Shown: positions 1 to 13,287, counted from the first letter of the stretch. The stretch is 64,000 nt of DNA from Candidatus Aminicenantes bacterium (GCA_963764745.1 CAVXTN010000005.1:422207-486206), one strand, 5' to 3'. Notes: generated by a model from the letters alone, not told the origin. Translations and numbers: made by a program.

Positions 1-732
1 CGTCACGCCGCTGGGCATGGGCGTCAAGACCTTCGGCGGCGCGTTCACCCGCGTCATCAACGCCAATACGACCATCCCGGTCAGCCGCAGCCTGATCTTT
101 TCGACGGTGGAAGACAACCAGACCGAAGTGGACATCCAGATCTATCAGGGCGAAAGGGAGATCGCCGAGGAGAACAAGCTGCTGGGAAAATTCACCCTGC
201 TCGACGTCAAGCGCGCCCCGCGCGGCGTCCCGCGCATCGAGGTCACGTTCAGCATCAACATCAACGGCATCATGAACGTTCAGGCCATGGACCTCTCCAT
301 CAAAAAACAAAAAAGAAATACTGATCACCCAGTCCGGCCTGCTTGAGCAAGGATGAGGTCGAGAAGCTGAGGGAAGAAGCGAAAAAATTGTCCGAACTGG
401 ATTTGAAAAAAAGAGAAGCGATCTTCAAAAAAAACAAGGTCATCAACCAGATCTATTCGCTCAACCAGTTGAGCCGCGGCAGCAGCCTGCCGAGCGAGAT
501 CAAGGGCGAGATCGCGAGCCTGGTCCGCGAAGCCGAAAAAGAGATCGAAAAGGAAAATCTTCCCACCATGGAAGATCTCGAAAAACGGATGTTCGCCCTC
601 TGGCAAAAAGCGAGCGCCCTGAGCGGCGGCGAGCAACTGCCGGGGAAGATCGACGCGGCCATGGATATCGACCTGCAGGCGCCAAGCAGCTCGGATCAGG
701 CAAGAACAAGAAGGAAGATACCAAGCCGTTGA
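1..732 (+). CDS. dnaK: Hsp70/DnaK-family chaperone, 3' part (5'-truncated by window edge; one frameshift near 305-345)
   Basis: ORF 17..346 carries the substrate-binding domain signature VTPLGMG...NTTIP...STVEDNQTEV.I.IYQGER...PRGVPRIEVTF; it continues into the helical lid in ORF 343..732 across a poly-A run. Divergent from canonical DnaK, so possibly a paralog. Confidence 0.85.
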
Positions 733-796
733 GAATCAGTTTTAAATAACGACCGTCTTCTTGCCGCGCCGGCCTGTTTTGGGCACGGTTGTTTTG

Positions 797-2784
<1,988 letters not shown>

Positions 2785-2788
<4 letters not shown>

Positions 2789-2810
2789 GGGCGACCCGCT
2801 GGGTCGCCCT
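2785..2810 (+). repeat. GTAG-footed REP-like palindrome GTAGGGGCGACCCGCTGGGTCGCCCT
   Basis: GTAG followed by a GC-rich hairpin (GGGCGACCC/GGGTCGCCC); overlaps the metG stop codon; same GTAGGGG...CCCT frame as the pair at 43280-43362. Confidence 0.6.
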
Positions 2811-2891
2811 GCCGGGGGAAGGTCGCCCTGGTCTGAGTATCTATATGCCCCTGCCATTGCCTTATTCTTACCGTGGGGATACAATCAGCCC

Positions 2892-3942
2892 ATGAAAAAA
2901 AACCTGTTCATAGCCCTTCTATCCATATCTTTTTTCATTTCCGCCCAGGATGTGCGCCCGGTGCGCGACGATGTCGGGTTCTGCTGGCAGCCGGCGCAGA
3001 TGCGGCGCCTGATGGACCTCCTGGCCGCCGGCGAGCGGCGGGACTTCCCGGCGCGCGGCCTGGTAGCCGGCATCTCCCCGCACGATGACTACCTTTACGC
3101 CGGGCGCATGTACTATCCCCTGTTCAATACCCTGCGCACCAAGGAAGCGGTGATCTTCGGCGTCACCCATGGCACGGTGCGCAAGGAGATCGGCGACCCG
3201 CACAATATCCTGCTGCTCGATGAATACCGCTCCTGGTCGGGGCTGGGCCGGGAAGTGGCGATCTCCCCCCTGCGCGAGTGGCTGAAAAAGCGCCTGCCCA
3301 AGGAAGATTACGCCGTCAGCAACCAGGCCCATTCCCTGGAACACTCGATCGAGGCCCTGGTCCCTTTTTTGCAGTACCGCAATCCCGGAATCAAGATCAC
3401 GCCGATCATGGTCACGGCCATGCCCTATGAAAAAATGGCAGAGCTTGCCGAACGCCTGGCCGCGGCCCTGGCCGAGTACATGCGCGCCAACAGCCTTAAG
3501 CCCGGGCGGGACATCGTTTTCCTGATCTCGGCCGACGCCAACCATTACGGCCGCGATTTCGACAATATCCCCTTCGGCGAGGATGAAAAGGCCCACGCCC
3601 GGGGAACGGACCAGGACCGGCGCTTCGCCCGGGCGCTTTGCGACGGCCCGCTGGGCGAGCAAAAGATCCTGGCCCTGACCCAAGCGCTCTGGGGCGCCAC
3701 CTATCTCGATCCCCGCAACACCTACTGGTGCGGCAAATACGATATCCCCTTCGGCCTGCTGGCCATCCTCAAAACCATGCAAAAGATCTCCGGGCGCGGG
3801 ACTAAAGGGGCGGGTATTCCGCTATTCCGACACCTACAGCGAGGGAGTCCTGCCGCTGAAAAAGGCGGGGTTCGGCATCACTGCCCCCTTTTCCCTGAAA
3901 CATTGGGTGGGTTTTTTTTCGGCCGGATTTTACCTCGATTGA
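2892..3942 (+). CDS. MEMO1-family (AmmeMemoRadiSam protein B-like) protein with N-terminal signal peptide; frameshift near 3800
   Basis: Motifs SPHDDYLYAG, GVTH, EHSIE, SADANHY and WCG match the Memo/LigB fold; N-terminus MKKNLFIALLSISFFISA resembles a signal peptide; the shifted frame ends ...WVGFFSAGFYLD* at 3942. Confidence 0.8.
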
Positions 3943-4015
3943 ACGGATCCGGGAGAATGCCGCCGGGGCGGAACTTTCCGGATTTTTTTTACGTTATTAG
4001 AAAAAGGAGATACGC

Positions 4016-5089
4016 ATGAATCAAACGCGAAACGTTCTCGGTCTATTGATCATGATCTTTTTGGCCATTCCGGTTCTTTTCGGCATCATCTGGGCCGTGG
4101 GCCTGACCCAGGCCGTGGTTTCGCAGAAAACGCTGTCCGAACTCCCGGGGGAGATCATCGCCGAAGTTCCCGACCTGCTGGACGGGGTCATGCTGGCCGC
4201 CCGCGATGAAAATTCCGACATGGATTACGAATCCAGGACCTGGTTGCGAGCCATGGCCGCGGCAACCCCGCCGCCCAGGGAGTTGATGAAAGAAACCGGC
4301 CTCAATGACTGGCTGGATAAAGAGCTTTCCGGGTCCCTGCGCACCCTGGGAGATATCCTGAACGGCAGGACCACGGCCCGCGATATCTGGCTCGACATGC
4401 GGCCGCTCAAGGCCGTTTTCAGCCATCCGGCCATGGAAAACTGGCTGACCCAGGTCATGGAAAACCTGCCGGCCTGTTCCGCGGGCCAGACGCGGGACTG
4501 GGAACGGATCATGCTCGACGACAATCCCTACGGTTCGCCGCCTCCCTGCCGCCCCGATGCCGCCCAGAAAATCGCGGCCCTCAACTTCATCCGCAGCGAG
4601 ATCACCCGGGAGATCCCCGACCAGGTCAATCTCATGGAAAACGCCCATTTTCCCCATCACCGCTTCAACGTGGCCAGGACCGTGAGATCGTTCACCTATC
4701 TCCTGTTCCTGATCCCCGCCGTATTCATCGTCCTGGGCGCGCTGGTCGCCGCCCGCAGCACAGCGCATTTCTTCCGCTGGAGCGGAGCCGCGACCATGAT
4801 CGGCGGCGGACTGGTCCTGGCGCTCTCCTCGTTGGTCAAGGGGATCATTCCCTGGGCCATGCGCGTCGGGCCGGTCAATTATTCCTCTTCCTGGACGCAT
4901 TGGCAGGATGTTTTCGCCGACCATATGAGCGGGCTGGCCATCGTGATCTCCCGCCACTTCATGTCACCGGTCATCACCGTGGCCGGGACGGTATGCGTGA
5001 TCGGGCTGCTGCTGTTCGCCTTTTCCTTCACCTTCACCCGGGAAGCTCCGGCCAAGGCCCAACCACCGCAGCAGCCGCAAGCGTCCTGA
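4016..5089 (+). CDS. Hypothetical membrane protein (N-terminal TM, large soluble domain, 3-4 C-terminal TMs)
   Basis: Intact 357-aa ORF with RBS AAGGAG; hydrophobic segments at the N-terminus and in the last ~130 aa. Confidence 0.8.
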   Translation: MNQTRNVLGLLIMIFLAIPVLFGIIWAVGLTQAVVSQKTLSELPGEIIAEVPDLLDGVMLAARDENSDMDYESRTWLRAMAAATPPPRELMKETGLNDWLDKELSGSLRTLGDILNGRTTARDIWLDMRPLKAVFSHPAMENWLTQVMENLPACSAGQTRDWERIMLDDNPYGSPPPCRPDAAQKIAALNFIRSEITREIPDQVNLMENAHFPHHRFNVARTVRSFTYLLFLIPAVFIVLGALVAARSTAHFFRWSGAATMIGGGLVLALSSLVKGIIPWAMRVGPVNYSSSWTHWQDVFADHMSGLAIVISRHFMSPVITVAGTVCVIGLLLFAFSFTFTREAPAKAQPPQQPQAS

Positions 5090-5218
5090 AGACCTCGGAC
5101 CGCCAGTCAGCAACTGGCTCCCGGCGTCCAGAGGCGGAAACCATCCGGGGCGTCCCCGGTCCGGATTGCCGAGACCGGGAAGTTGCAATCATACCGGGTT
5201 CCCCTGTATAATGGCCGC

Positions 5219-6676
5219 ATGAAAACACTGCAGCTTTGCGCCGGCATCCTGCTGCTGGCGGCGCCCCGGCTGGCGGCGGTAACCATTTCGCCGCTGCCCT
5301 ACGGCACCAACGTTCACCTGGCCCAGAACAACGTGCTGGCCAAGGTGAAGGCGGCCGGGATCACCTGGATCCGCATCGACGTCAACTGGAACGCCATCGA
5401 AGCCAGCAAAGGGAATCCGGTCTATACTGACGTGGACCGCGTGGTCAATTACGCCGCCGCCAACGGGCTGTCCGTTTACGCCTCCATCGGCAGCACGCCG
5501 GGCTGGGCCAACGGCAAAAAGGGAGCCACCTATCCTGCCAGCAATGTCGCGGACTGGAAAAATTTCGTCGCCCGCACCGTGGCCCGCTACAAGAACCAGG
5601 TCAAATACTGGGGCATATGGAACGAACCCAATCTCAAGAATTTCTTCGCGCTGGGCAAGGACAAATTCGTCCAGCAGATATTGCTGCCGGCCGCGCAGAC
5701 CATTCGTAACGCCGACCCGGCCGCTTTCATCGTCGGGCCCGACCTGAGCCACAAGACCGAGGCGGGGACGGAATGGTATTTCTGGATGAAATACATCCTG
5801 GACAACGCCGGCAGCTACTTCGACATCATCTCCCACCATATATATGAAGACCACGGCGTCTATTATATGTATGAACTGCTGGAACAGGGCGACCAGTTCA
5901 TCCCGGCGGTCAAAAAGATTGTCGAGGAATCGGGGCAGGGAGGCAAGCCTTTCTGGATCACGGAAACCGGATGGAACACGCGCAATTACTCGGAAACCAT
6001 GCAGGCCGAGCGCTACCTGGACATGCTGCACACCCGGGCCCGCAAGAACTACCCGCAAAAAGTCTTCTTCTATGAGATCATCGACGATCCCAAGGCGAGC
6101 GTCGATCCCTTCGGCATCCTGCGCAGCAACCTGGACGCCAAGCCGGCTTACGATGCTTACAGGGACTACATCGCGGGCCTCTACCCCGACCCGGGCAACC
6201 CCGACGAAGGCAAGGTCAATAAAAAATGCTTCGCCGAGCAGACGCTGGACAACGGCACGGCCGGGACCCAGGACCCGGCCCTGGAAAAATTGCGCCAATC
6301 CAGGGATTTTTTGCACGGTTATTCGGCCAGCGCCAGAAAAACCGCGGATATTTATTACGATCTGAATGAAGAATTCATGAAAATCGCCCTGGCCGACGCC
6401 CGCGTTTTCAAACTGGGCCGGGAAATACTGGGACAATCACAGCTGCTTCTGGCCGACAACGGCTGGATCGAAATGAACCGCCCCCTGCCCGAGGGCCTTT
6501 TCCGCAATGTTGTCATGTTGACCGGGATCATAAAGAATGAATACCCGGAAACGGCGCTCGCCCCCCTGGCGCTGCTTGCCGATCAAAACCTGCCGCTCCT
6601 CGGAAAAATGCCCTTGCACGACCTGCTGGAATTTTACCTGAAAGAGGACATTCGAAAATTCAAGAAATTCCGCTAA
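5219..6676 (+). CDS. Secreted clan GH-A glycoside hydrolase (GH5/GH39-like) with extra C-terminal domain
   Basis: Signal peptide MKTLQLCAGILLLAAPRLAA; acid/base motif WNEP and nucleophile motif ITETG; GITWIRID. Confidence 0.8.
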   Translation: MKTLQLCAGILLLAAPRLAAVTISPLPYGTNVHLAQNNVLAKVKAAGITWIRIDVNWNAIEASKGNPVYTDVDRVVNYAAANGLSVYASIGSTPGWANGKKGATYPASNVADWKNFVARTVARYKNQVKYWGIWNEPNLKNFFALGKDKFVQQILLPAAQTIRNADPAAFIVGPDLSHKTEAGTEWYFWMKYILDNAGSYFDIISHHIYEDHGVYYMYELLEQGDQFIPAVKKIVEESGQGGKPFWITETGWNTRNYSETMQAERYLDMLHTRARKNYPQKVFFYEIIDDPKASVDPFGILRSNLDAKPAYDAYRDYIAGLYPDPGNPDEGKVNKKCFAEQTLDNGTAGTQDPALEKLRQSRDFLHGYSASARKTADIYYDLNEEFMKIALADARVFKLGREILGQSQLLLADNGWIEMNRPLPEGLFRNVVMLTGIIKNEYPETALAPLALLADQNLPLLGKMPLHDLLEFYLKEDIRKFKKFR

Positions 6677-7858
6677 ATGGGCTTTTATGCCGATTTCCAT
6701 ATCCATTCGCGCTATTCGCGCAGTACCTCGCCGGCGCTCGAACTGCCCGAACTCGCTCGTTGGGCCGGGATCAAGGGGCTCAGCGTCGTGGGCAGCGGCG
6801 ATTTCACCCATCCCCTTTGGTTCGACAGCATCAAAAAATCCCTGACCGAAAATGTTCCCGGGCTTTTCACCCTGAAGGGGAATCCCGGTGCGCATTTTAT
6901 CCTGAGTTCGGAAATTTCCCTGATTTACAAAAAAGCCGGCCGTGTCCGGAAAATTCATCTTCTCCTCCTGGCGCCCAGCCTGGATACCGTGGAAAAGATC
7001 AACGCTTCCCTGGGCCGGCGCTTCAACCTGCGCGCCGACGGCCGCCCCATCCTGGGCGCCGCGGTCCGCGACCTGAGCGCCGAGATCCTGGCCATCGACG
7101 ATCGCGTCATGATCATCCCGGCCCATATCTGGACCCCCTGGTTTTCCCTGCTGGGGTCCAGGTCGGGCTTCGACAGCCTGGAAGAATGCTTTGAAGATGT
7201 CGCGCCCTACATCCACGCCGTGGAAACCGGATTGTCGGCCGACCCGCCCATGCTGTCGCGGGTGTCGTCCCTGCGGCGCTATACGATATTGTCCAATTCA
7301 GACGCCCATTCGGCCCAGAACCTGGGCCGGGAAGCCAACGAGCTCGACTGCCCGCTCAACTATGACGGCATCGCCCGGGCCATCCGCGACAACCGGATCG
7401 TGCGCACCATTGAATTTTTCCCGGAAGAAGGCAAATACCACCATGACGGCCACCGCCTGTGCGGCATTTCCCTGCCCCCGGCCGCGACCCGGAAGCTGGG
7501 CGGGATATGTCCGGTCTGCGGCAAGCCGCTGACCCTGGGAGTCCTGTACCGGGCGGAGGAGCTGGCCGACAACGAAACGGAACCCCGGGTCCCCTTCAGC
7601 TACCAGATCCCCCTGAGGCAGATCCTGTCCCAGCTCATGGGATGCGGGGAAAATTCCAAAAAGGTCAGCCAGTATTATTTTTCGCTGATCGAGCGCCTGG
7701 GCGCCGAATTCCAAATTCTGCAGCACCTGCCCATCGCGGAGATCGCCGGGACCGACGAGAGGCTGGCCGCCGCCATCCAGGCCATGCGCACCAACCGCGT
7801 CCGCCGCGTCCCGGGCTACGACGGGGTCTACGGAAAGATCCTGCTGGATCCTTTCTGA
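6677..7858 (+). CDS. Endonuclease Q-family PHP-domain protein
   Basis: DFHIHSRYS, GSGDFTHP, PAHIWTPWFS, SNSDAHS, GKYHHDGHRLC and CPVCGKPLTLGV zinc motif, characteristic of the EndoQ/TIGR00375-like family. Confidence 0.8.
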   Translation: MGFYADFHIHSRYSRSTSPALELPELARWAGIKGLSVVGSGDFTHPLWFDSIKKSLTENVPGLFTLKGNPGAHFILSSEISLIYKKAGRVRKIHLLLLAPSLDTVEKINASLGRRFNLRADGRPILGAAVRDLSAEILAIDDRVMIIPAHIWTPWFSLLGSRSGFDSLEECFEDVAPYIHAVETGLSADPPMLSRVSSLRRYTILSNSDAHSAQNLGREANELDCPLNYDGIARAIRDNRIVRTIEFFPEEGKYHHDGHRLCGISLPPAATRKLGGICPVCGKPLTLGVLYRAEELADNETEPRVPFSYQIPLRQILSQLMGCGENSKKVSQYYFSLIERLGAEFQILQHLPIAEIAGTDERLAAAIQAMRTNRVRRVPGYDGVYGKILLDPF

Positions 7859-7927
7859 GAGCCGAATGGTTGACATTTGTTTCCGGTTATATTATTGTTT
7901 TTTTTAAACTAAATCTTTGGAGGAAAT

Positions 7928-9191
7928 ATGAAACAAACGGGAAATGTTATGCGGTTTTTTATGACCGCAGCCCTTATCGTGTTCACGTGTATCTCTCTGT
8001 CGGCCAACGGGCTGAACCTCAACGGCGTGGGCAGCAAGGCCATCGCCATGGGCGGCGCCTTCATCGGCCAGGCCGATGACTTCAGCGCCATCTTCTGGAA
8101 CCCGGCCGGCCTGAGCCAGATGAAGGATTCCAGCATCTCTTTCTTCGTCACCGACCTGATCCCGACCGGCACGTATGCCTTCCCCACCTACGGCATCGAC
8201 GCCAAGACCAAGTCGTCCATGTACCCTTCCGGGTCCATCGCCTATTTCAAGCCGATCAACGACAAGCTCATCATCGGCATCGCCGCCTACGTGCCGTCAG
8301 GTACAGGCGCCAAGTGGAATGGCGAAGAACTGAAGGTCCTGACCTCCGGCGTCGCCTACCGTTGGGAAAGCTTCATGGGCGTGATCACCGTATCCCCGGT
8401 CATCGCCTACAAGGTCAGCGACCAGTTCTCCCTGGGCGCCACCCTCAACCTGAACTACGGCATGCTGAAACTCTGGCGCCCCGGCGTCGGGCAGTATAAC
8501 GAAGACCTGAGCGGCCTGGCCTTCGGGGCCACCTTCGGCGCCATGTTCAAGCCCATTGACAAGCTGAGCATCGGCCTGACCCTGCGCACTCCCACCAAGG
8601 TCAAGTTCAGCGGCGAGGCCACGATGGCCGGCGCCTCAGTCTTGCCGATTCCGGGGGGCGTTCCCACCACTTCCGACGCCGATCGCGAAGCGACCTGGCC
8701 GCTGTGGGCCGGGCTGGGCATCTCCTTCAAGGCCACCGACAAACTGACGCTGAACGCGGACGCCCAGTTCACCAACTGGAAGAAAATCCAGACCATCCCC
8801 ATCACCTATGATAACGCGACCTGGCAGGCGCTGAAGGCCCATCCCCAGCTGAAAGCTGCTTTCAACAATGATTTCGACCTGCAATGGAAAAATGCCATCC
8901 AATGGCGCTTCGGCCTGGAATACGCTATTTCCGAAAAACTGGCCCTGCGCGCCGGCTATTATTACGATCCCTCTCCATCCGACCCCGCGACCCTCAACAT
9001 CCTGCTGCCCGAGATCACCTACAACGTCGTCACCGCCGGCCTGGGCTACAAAGCCGACAAGCTGGCCATCGACTTTTGCGTTGAATACCTCGATGGGCAA
9101 AGACGTGCTGTCGCCCATGAACGGCAAAATGCCGGGAACGCACGGCATGAACATCCTGGTGCCCAACATCGCCTTTACCTACCGCTTTTAA
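7928..9191 (+). CDS. Outer-membrane long-chain fatty acid transport protein, FadL/OmpP1/TodX family (frameshift near 9095)
   Basis: Signal peptide followed by NGLNLNGVGSKAIAMGGA...DDFSAIFWNPAG; beta-barrel C-terminus ...NIAFTYRF* in the alternative frame. Confidence 0.9.
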
Positions 9192-9213
9192 TTCCCGCCA
9201 GCGATCCTACACG

Positions 9214-9254
9214 GGCGGAGATGCCGGCAAAACCGGCGTCTCCGCCTTTCTTTT
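9214..9254 (+). terminator. Rho-independent terminator after the FadL-like gene
   Basis: 14-bp stem GGCGGAGATGCCGG/CCGGCGTCTCCGCC, loop CAAAA, followed by TTTCTTTT. Confidence 0.8.
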
Positions 9255-9295
9255 CTTCAGCGGACCGCGATTTCCGGCAGCAAAACAGATTTTCC

Positions 9296-9324
9296 TTGAA
9301 AAATCACTAAAAAAATAGTACAAT
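9296..9324 (+). promoter_or_regulatory. Sigma-70-type promoter of the rplS-rnhB operon
   Basis: TTGAAA-N17-TACAAT, 40 bp upstream of the rplS ATG. Confidence 0.55.
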
Positions 9325-9364
9325 AGCGAATCATTCAACTCACTGCCAATTTAGGAGACCAAAC

Positions 9365-9814
9365 ATGACAGAAGAAAAGAAAAAAAGCAAAGAGCGCCCG
9401 GCTGAAAAAGCCAAGCCCCAGCCGGAAGCCGTCGCAGATAAGCACGCCCAGCCGGTCCCGCCGGCAATGGCGGCCGAAAAAAAGGATGCCAAGAATTTCC
9501 AGGAATTGCGCAGCGATATTCCCGAGATCAGGCCGGGAGACGAGCTGAAGGTGTTCTATCGGGTCATCGAAGCCGGCAAGGAAAGGACCCAGACGTATGA
9601 GGGCACCGTGATCGCCATCAAGAACATCGGGATTTCCAAGACCATCACCGTGCGCAAAAATTCGTTCGGCATCGCCGTGGAAAGGATATTTCCGCTGAAT
9701 TCCAAGCTGGTCCAGAAGATCGAGGTCAAGAAGCATACCAAAGTCAGAAGAGCAAAACTATTCTACCTGAGAAAGCTGAAAGGCAAGGCGTCCCGCCTGA
9801 AAGAACTCAGGTAA
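9365..9814 (+). CDS. rplS: 50S ribosomal protein L19 with charged N-terminal extension
   Basis: IPEIRPGD...ERTQTYEGTVIA...TITVRKNSFGIAVERIFP...KVRRAKLFYLR. Confidence 0.95.
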   Translation: MTEEKKKSKERPAEKAKPQPEAVADKHAQPVPPAMAAEKKDAKNFQELRSDIPEIRPGDELKVFYRVIEAGKERTQTYEGTVIAIKNIGISKTITVRKNSFGIAVERIFPLNSKLVQKIEVKKHTKVRRAKLFYLRKLKGKASRLKELR

Positions 9815-10413
9815 TGGCTGATTTTGCCCTAGAAGCAGAATTACTCAAAACAAATTATAGCCGCATATGCGGCGTGGATGAAGTAGGACGGGGATGCCTG
9901 TTCGGCCCCGTGGTCGCCGGAGCGGTCATATTGGATCCCAAGCGCCTGAACCGCGAATACGACGACTCCAAAAAGCTTGCCCCGGGGCACAGGCTGCGCC
10001 TGGCTCGCGATATTTACGAAAAGGCGCTGGCCTATTCCATCGGTTGGTGCTGGAATGACGAAATCGACCGCTGCAACATCCTGGAAGCCACCCGGCGATC
10101 GATGCGCCTGGCCGTCCGGCGCCTGCAGGTCAAGCCGGACTATATCCTGGTCGACGCCATCCCCCCCGATTTTCTGGCGGTCGAGGGCCGGGCCGTTATC
10201 CAGGGAGACGAAAAGAGCCTGTCCATCGCCGCCGCCTCGATCATCGCCAAGGTCTTCCGCGACCACTTGCTGGAAAAAATGGCCGTTTATTTCCCGGAAT
10301 ACGGACTGGCCCAAAACAGGGGTTATCCTACACAAAAACATAAAAATATGTTATTATTGCATGGGGAAACTATTTTTCACAGAAAAAGTTTTAAATTAAA
10401 AAATGGCTGTTGA
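9814..10413 (+). CDS. rnhB: Ribonuclease HII
   Basis: GVDEVGRGCLFGPVVAGAV, DDSKKL, ILVDA, GDEKSLSIAAASIIAKV, NRGYPT. Confidence 0.95.
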   Translation: MADFALEAELLKTNYSRICGVDEVGRGCLFGPVVAGAVILDPKRLNREYDDSKKLAPGHRLRLARDIYEKALAYSIGWCWNDEIDRCNILEATRRSMRLAVRRLQVKPDYILVDAIPPDFLAVEGRAVIQGDEKSLSIAAASIIAKVFRDHLLEKMAVYFPEYGLAQNRGYPTQKHKNMLLLHGETIFHRKSFKLKNGC

Positions 10414-13240
10414 AAACCGATTAAAGACTTTGCAGCTGGCGGACAAGCTGTTCAAGCAGGGAAAGATTGAAGCAGCCATCAAAGAATATCAGAAAATAAT
10501 CGAGGTGAAACCCGACGACCTGGAAGTGCGCAGGATCATCGGTGACTTGAATCTCAAGCTGAACAGGCTTTCCGAGGCCTTCAAGCAATTCGAATGGATC
10601 TCCGATTTTTATCTGAAGGAAGGCTTTTTTACCAAGGCCATCGCCATGTACAAGAGGATCACCCGCCTCGATCCCCAGAATGAAGGGATTTCGTTCAAGC
10701 TGGCCGATCTGTACTCCAAGCAGGGCTTGACCATCGAGGCCAAGCAAATATACCTGGAATTGGCCGAGGAATACAAGCGGCAGAACAACCAGAAAAAAGC
10801 CCTGGGCATCTATAAAAAAATTCTCGAATTCGATCGCAGCAACATCAAGATGCGCATCCTGCTGGCGGACAATTATTTGCGCGAAGGCATGAAGGATGAG
10901 GCCGTCAACGAGTATCTCACCGCCAGCGACATCCTGATCAAGAAGAAGGAATTCGCTCCGGCCGAGGAGCTCTTGCTGCAGACCTATACCAAGATCAAGC
11001 ACCTGAAGGTCTTTGAAAAGCTGATCTCCTGTTACATCACCCAGGGCAACAGCAACAAGGCCATTCAGATGCTCAAGAACCTGGGCGACGAGATATACAA
11101 GCACCTGAACCTGCTCAAGATCCTCGGCGAACTTTATTTCAAGAACAATCTCATCGAGGAAGCCGAACAGATCTACAAAAAAATCGCCGCGATCGATTCC
11201 AACGAGACCGAAGTGATCATGAAGCTCGGCAAAGTCTACCTGCAGAGGGAGGAGATCGACAAGGCCTATCAACTCTTTCTTCCCACCATTGACCACTTCA
11301 TTGAAAAAGAAAAATATGACGAAGCCAATTCGCTGCTGCGCTTCATCATTACTTCCAACAACACCTATCTGCCGGCCCTGAACAAGCTGGCCTCGATTTT
11401 CAAGGCGACAAAAAAGACCAGCAGCCTGATCGCCATGTACGAATCCCTGCTCCCGATCTACGAGCAAAAGAACATGAAAAGCGAACTGATCGCCGTATTG
11501 AAGGAGCTGATCGAGTTGTCGGATTCGCCCTTCGCCTACCAGGAGCAACTTGGCAAACTGACCGGAGAACCCTCGGCCGAGGACGACGAGAGCAAGCAGG
11601 AGAGGGAATTCATCGGCTTTCAATTGAACAATGCCGACCAGGCCTTGAAAAACAACAACTTTAAAAAAGCGATCGATCTTTTAAAAACCGCCCAGAACGC
11701 TTTCCCCAAAAATATCGATATCCGGATCAAATTGTTCGACGTCTACCAGATGAGCAACGATATCGAAGCCCTGCTCGGCGAGGGCATCGAGCTGTTGAAG
11801 ATTTACAAGAAAGAGAACAAGGACGAAGAGCACAAGGCGCTGCTGGACAAGCTGACCAAGCTCAAGCCCAACGATGAGCGGCTGCTGGACCTGAGCGGCC
11901 ATGAGCGGACCAATATCGAAATCGATTTCGATCATGCCGAGATGATCGAGCAGATCAAGGAACTGCAGCAGCCCAGTCATGGGCGAAATGGAGATCTCAG
12001 AGAACAAGGGGGAAGAAGAAGACATTTTCCTGCTCAAGGGCGAAGACAGCCTGCAGATCAAAACCGAGGCCGAAAACAAAAAAGGGCTGTCCTCCCACCT
12101 GGCGGAGCTCGATTTTTACATCAGCGAAGGCTATTTCAGCAACGCGGAAAAAGTCCTGGAAAAGCTGCGCAAAGAGTATCCGGAAAGCAAGGAAATCGTT
12201 TCCCGCCTGGCCCGGATAAAAAAAGCCAGGGAGATCCAGCCCGACAAGACCGACTCCATCAAGGTCAAGCCCGGCGAAACCGAAAAAATAGAGATCGAAT
12301 CCTCGATCGCCCAGGAAAGCGATCTCCTGCAAAAATTCGAGGACTCGAAAATCGAAATCAAGCTTGACAATCTGTATGAACAAGTCCGACGACAAGATCG
12401 TGTCCGACGGTTTTGCCGATATGGACAACATCCATTTTGAAATTGAAATGGAGGATCCGGAAAACAAGGAAATCGCTCCCCATGATCGAGGTCGATCAGG
12501 AGGAGATCATCCAGGCTCCCAGCGGCAGCCAGAAAAGCAGCACGGCCGATCCGAGCTACCTCGGTTCCAGCGCCGATTTCCTGGACATCGACAACATTTT
12601 CACCAGCGATGAAGCACCGGCCAGCAGCGAGTCCCCGTTCCGGGATATCGATGAAAACGAAATGGTCGAAAGCGAAGTGGACATATTGAAGAACGAGGGC
12701 CTTTTTCTCGAAGAAGAGGACTTCCACGAAATCGAAAAATCGGTCCCGGCAGAATTGAGCGCCATCAAATTCTGGGTGGACGAACTGCAGAAGCAACGGA
12801 CTTCGACCATCGAAAAAAACATGATGGAGATCTTCAAGGAATTCAAAAAAGGGGTGGACGAAAAAATCGGCCACGAAGATTACGATACCCGCTACAACCT
12901 GGGCATCGCCTACAAGGAGATGGGACTGATCGAGGAAGCCATCCACGAATTCCTGATCTCATCCAAGCACCCTTTGAAATTCTTCGATTCGGCCGGCCTG
13001 CTCGGGATCTGCTTCCGGGAAAAGGGGATGATGGACGAATCCATCGGCTGGTTCGAGAAGGCCCTGCAAACGCCGGACCGCAAGGACGACGAATACAACG
13101 CCGTCAAATACGAACTGGTCACGACCGCCAAGCTGAAGGAAGATTATCTGTACGCCAAGAAGCTGGCCTTTGAGATCCTGAAAAAAGATCCCAATTACCG
13201 GGACATCAAAGCAATTTTTGAAGAACTCCAACACATATAA
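10403..13240 (+). CDS. Large tetratricopeptide-repeat protein (about 940 aa; frameshifts near 11980 and 12380-12480)
   Basis: Many N-terminal TPRs (ORF 10403), an acidic linker (ORFs 11979 and 12413) and a C-terminal TPR pair starting DYDTRYNLGIAYKEMGL. Confidence 0.85.
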
Positions 13241-13287
13241 TTTTTTCAGGCCGGAACGCTTTCCCGAAACCGGAAAGCGAAATTGAA
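13213..13287 (+). repeat. 75-bp direct repeat, copy 1 (end of the TPR gene plus downstream DNA)
   Basis: 63/75 identical, ungapped, to 13547..13621 (manual alignment). Confidence 0.85.

Noticed and set aside
9365-9460. N-terminal extension of ribosomal protein L19
   Set aside because: Low-complexity Lys/Glu/Ala/Pro extensions on L19 are common and uninformative.
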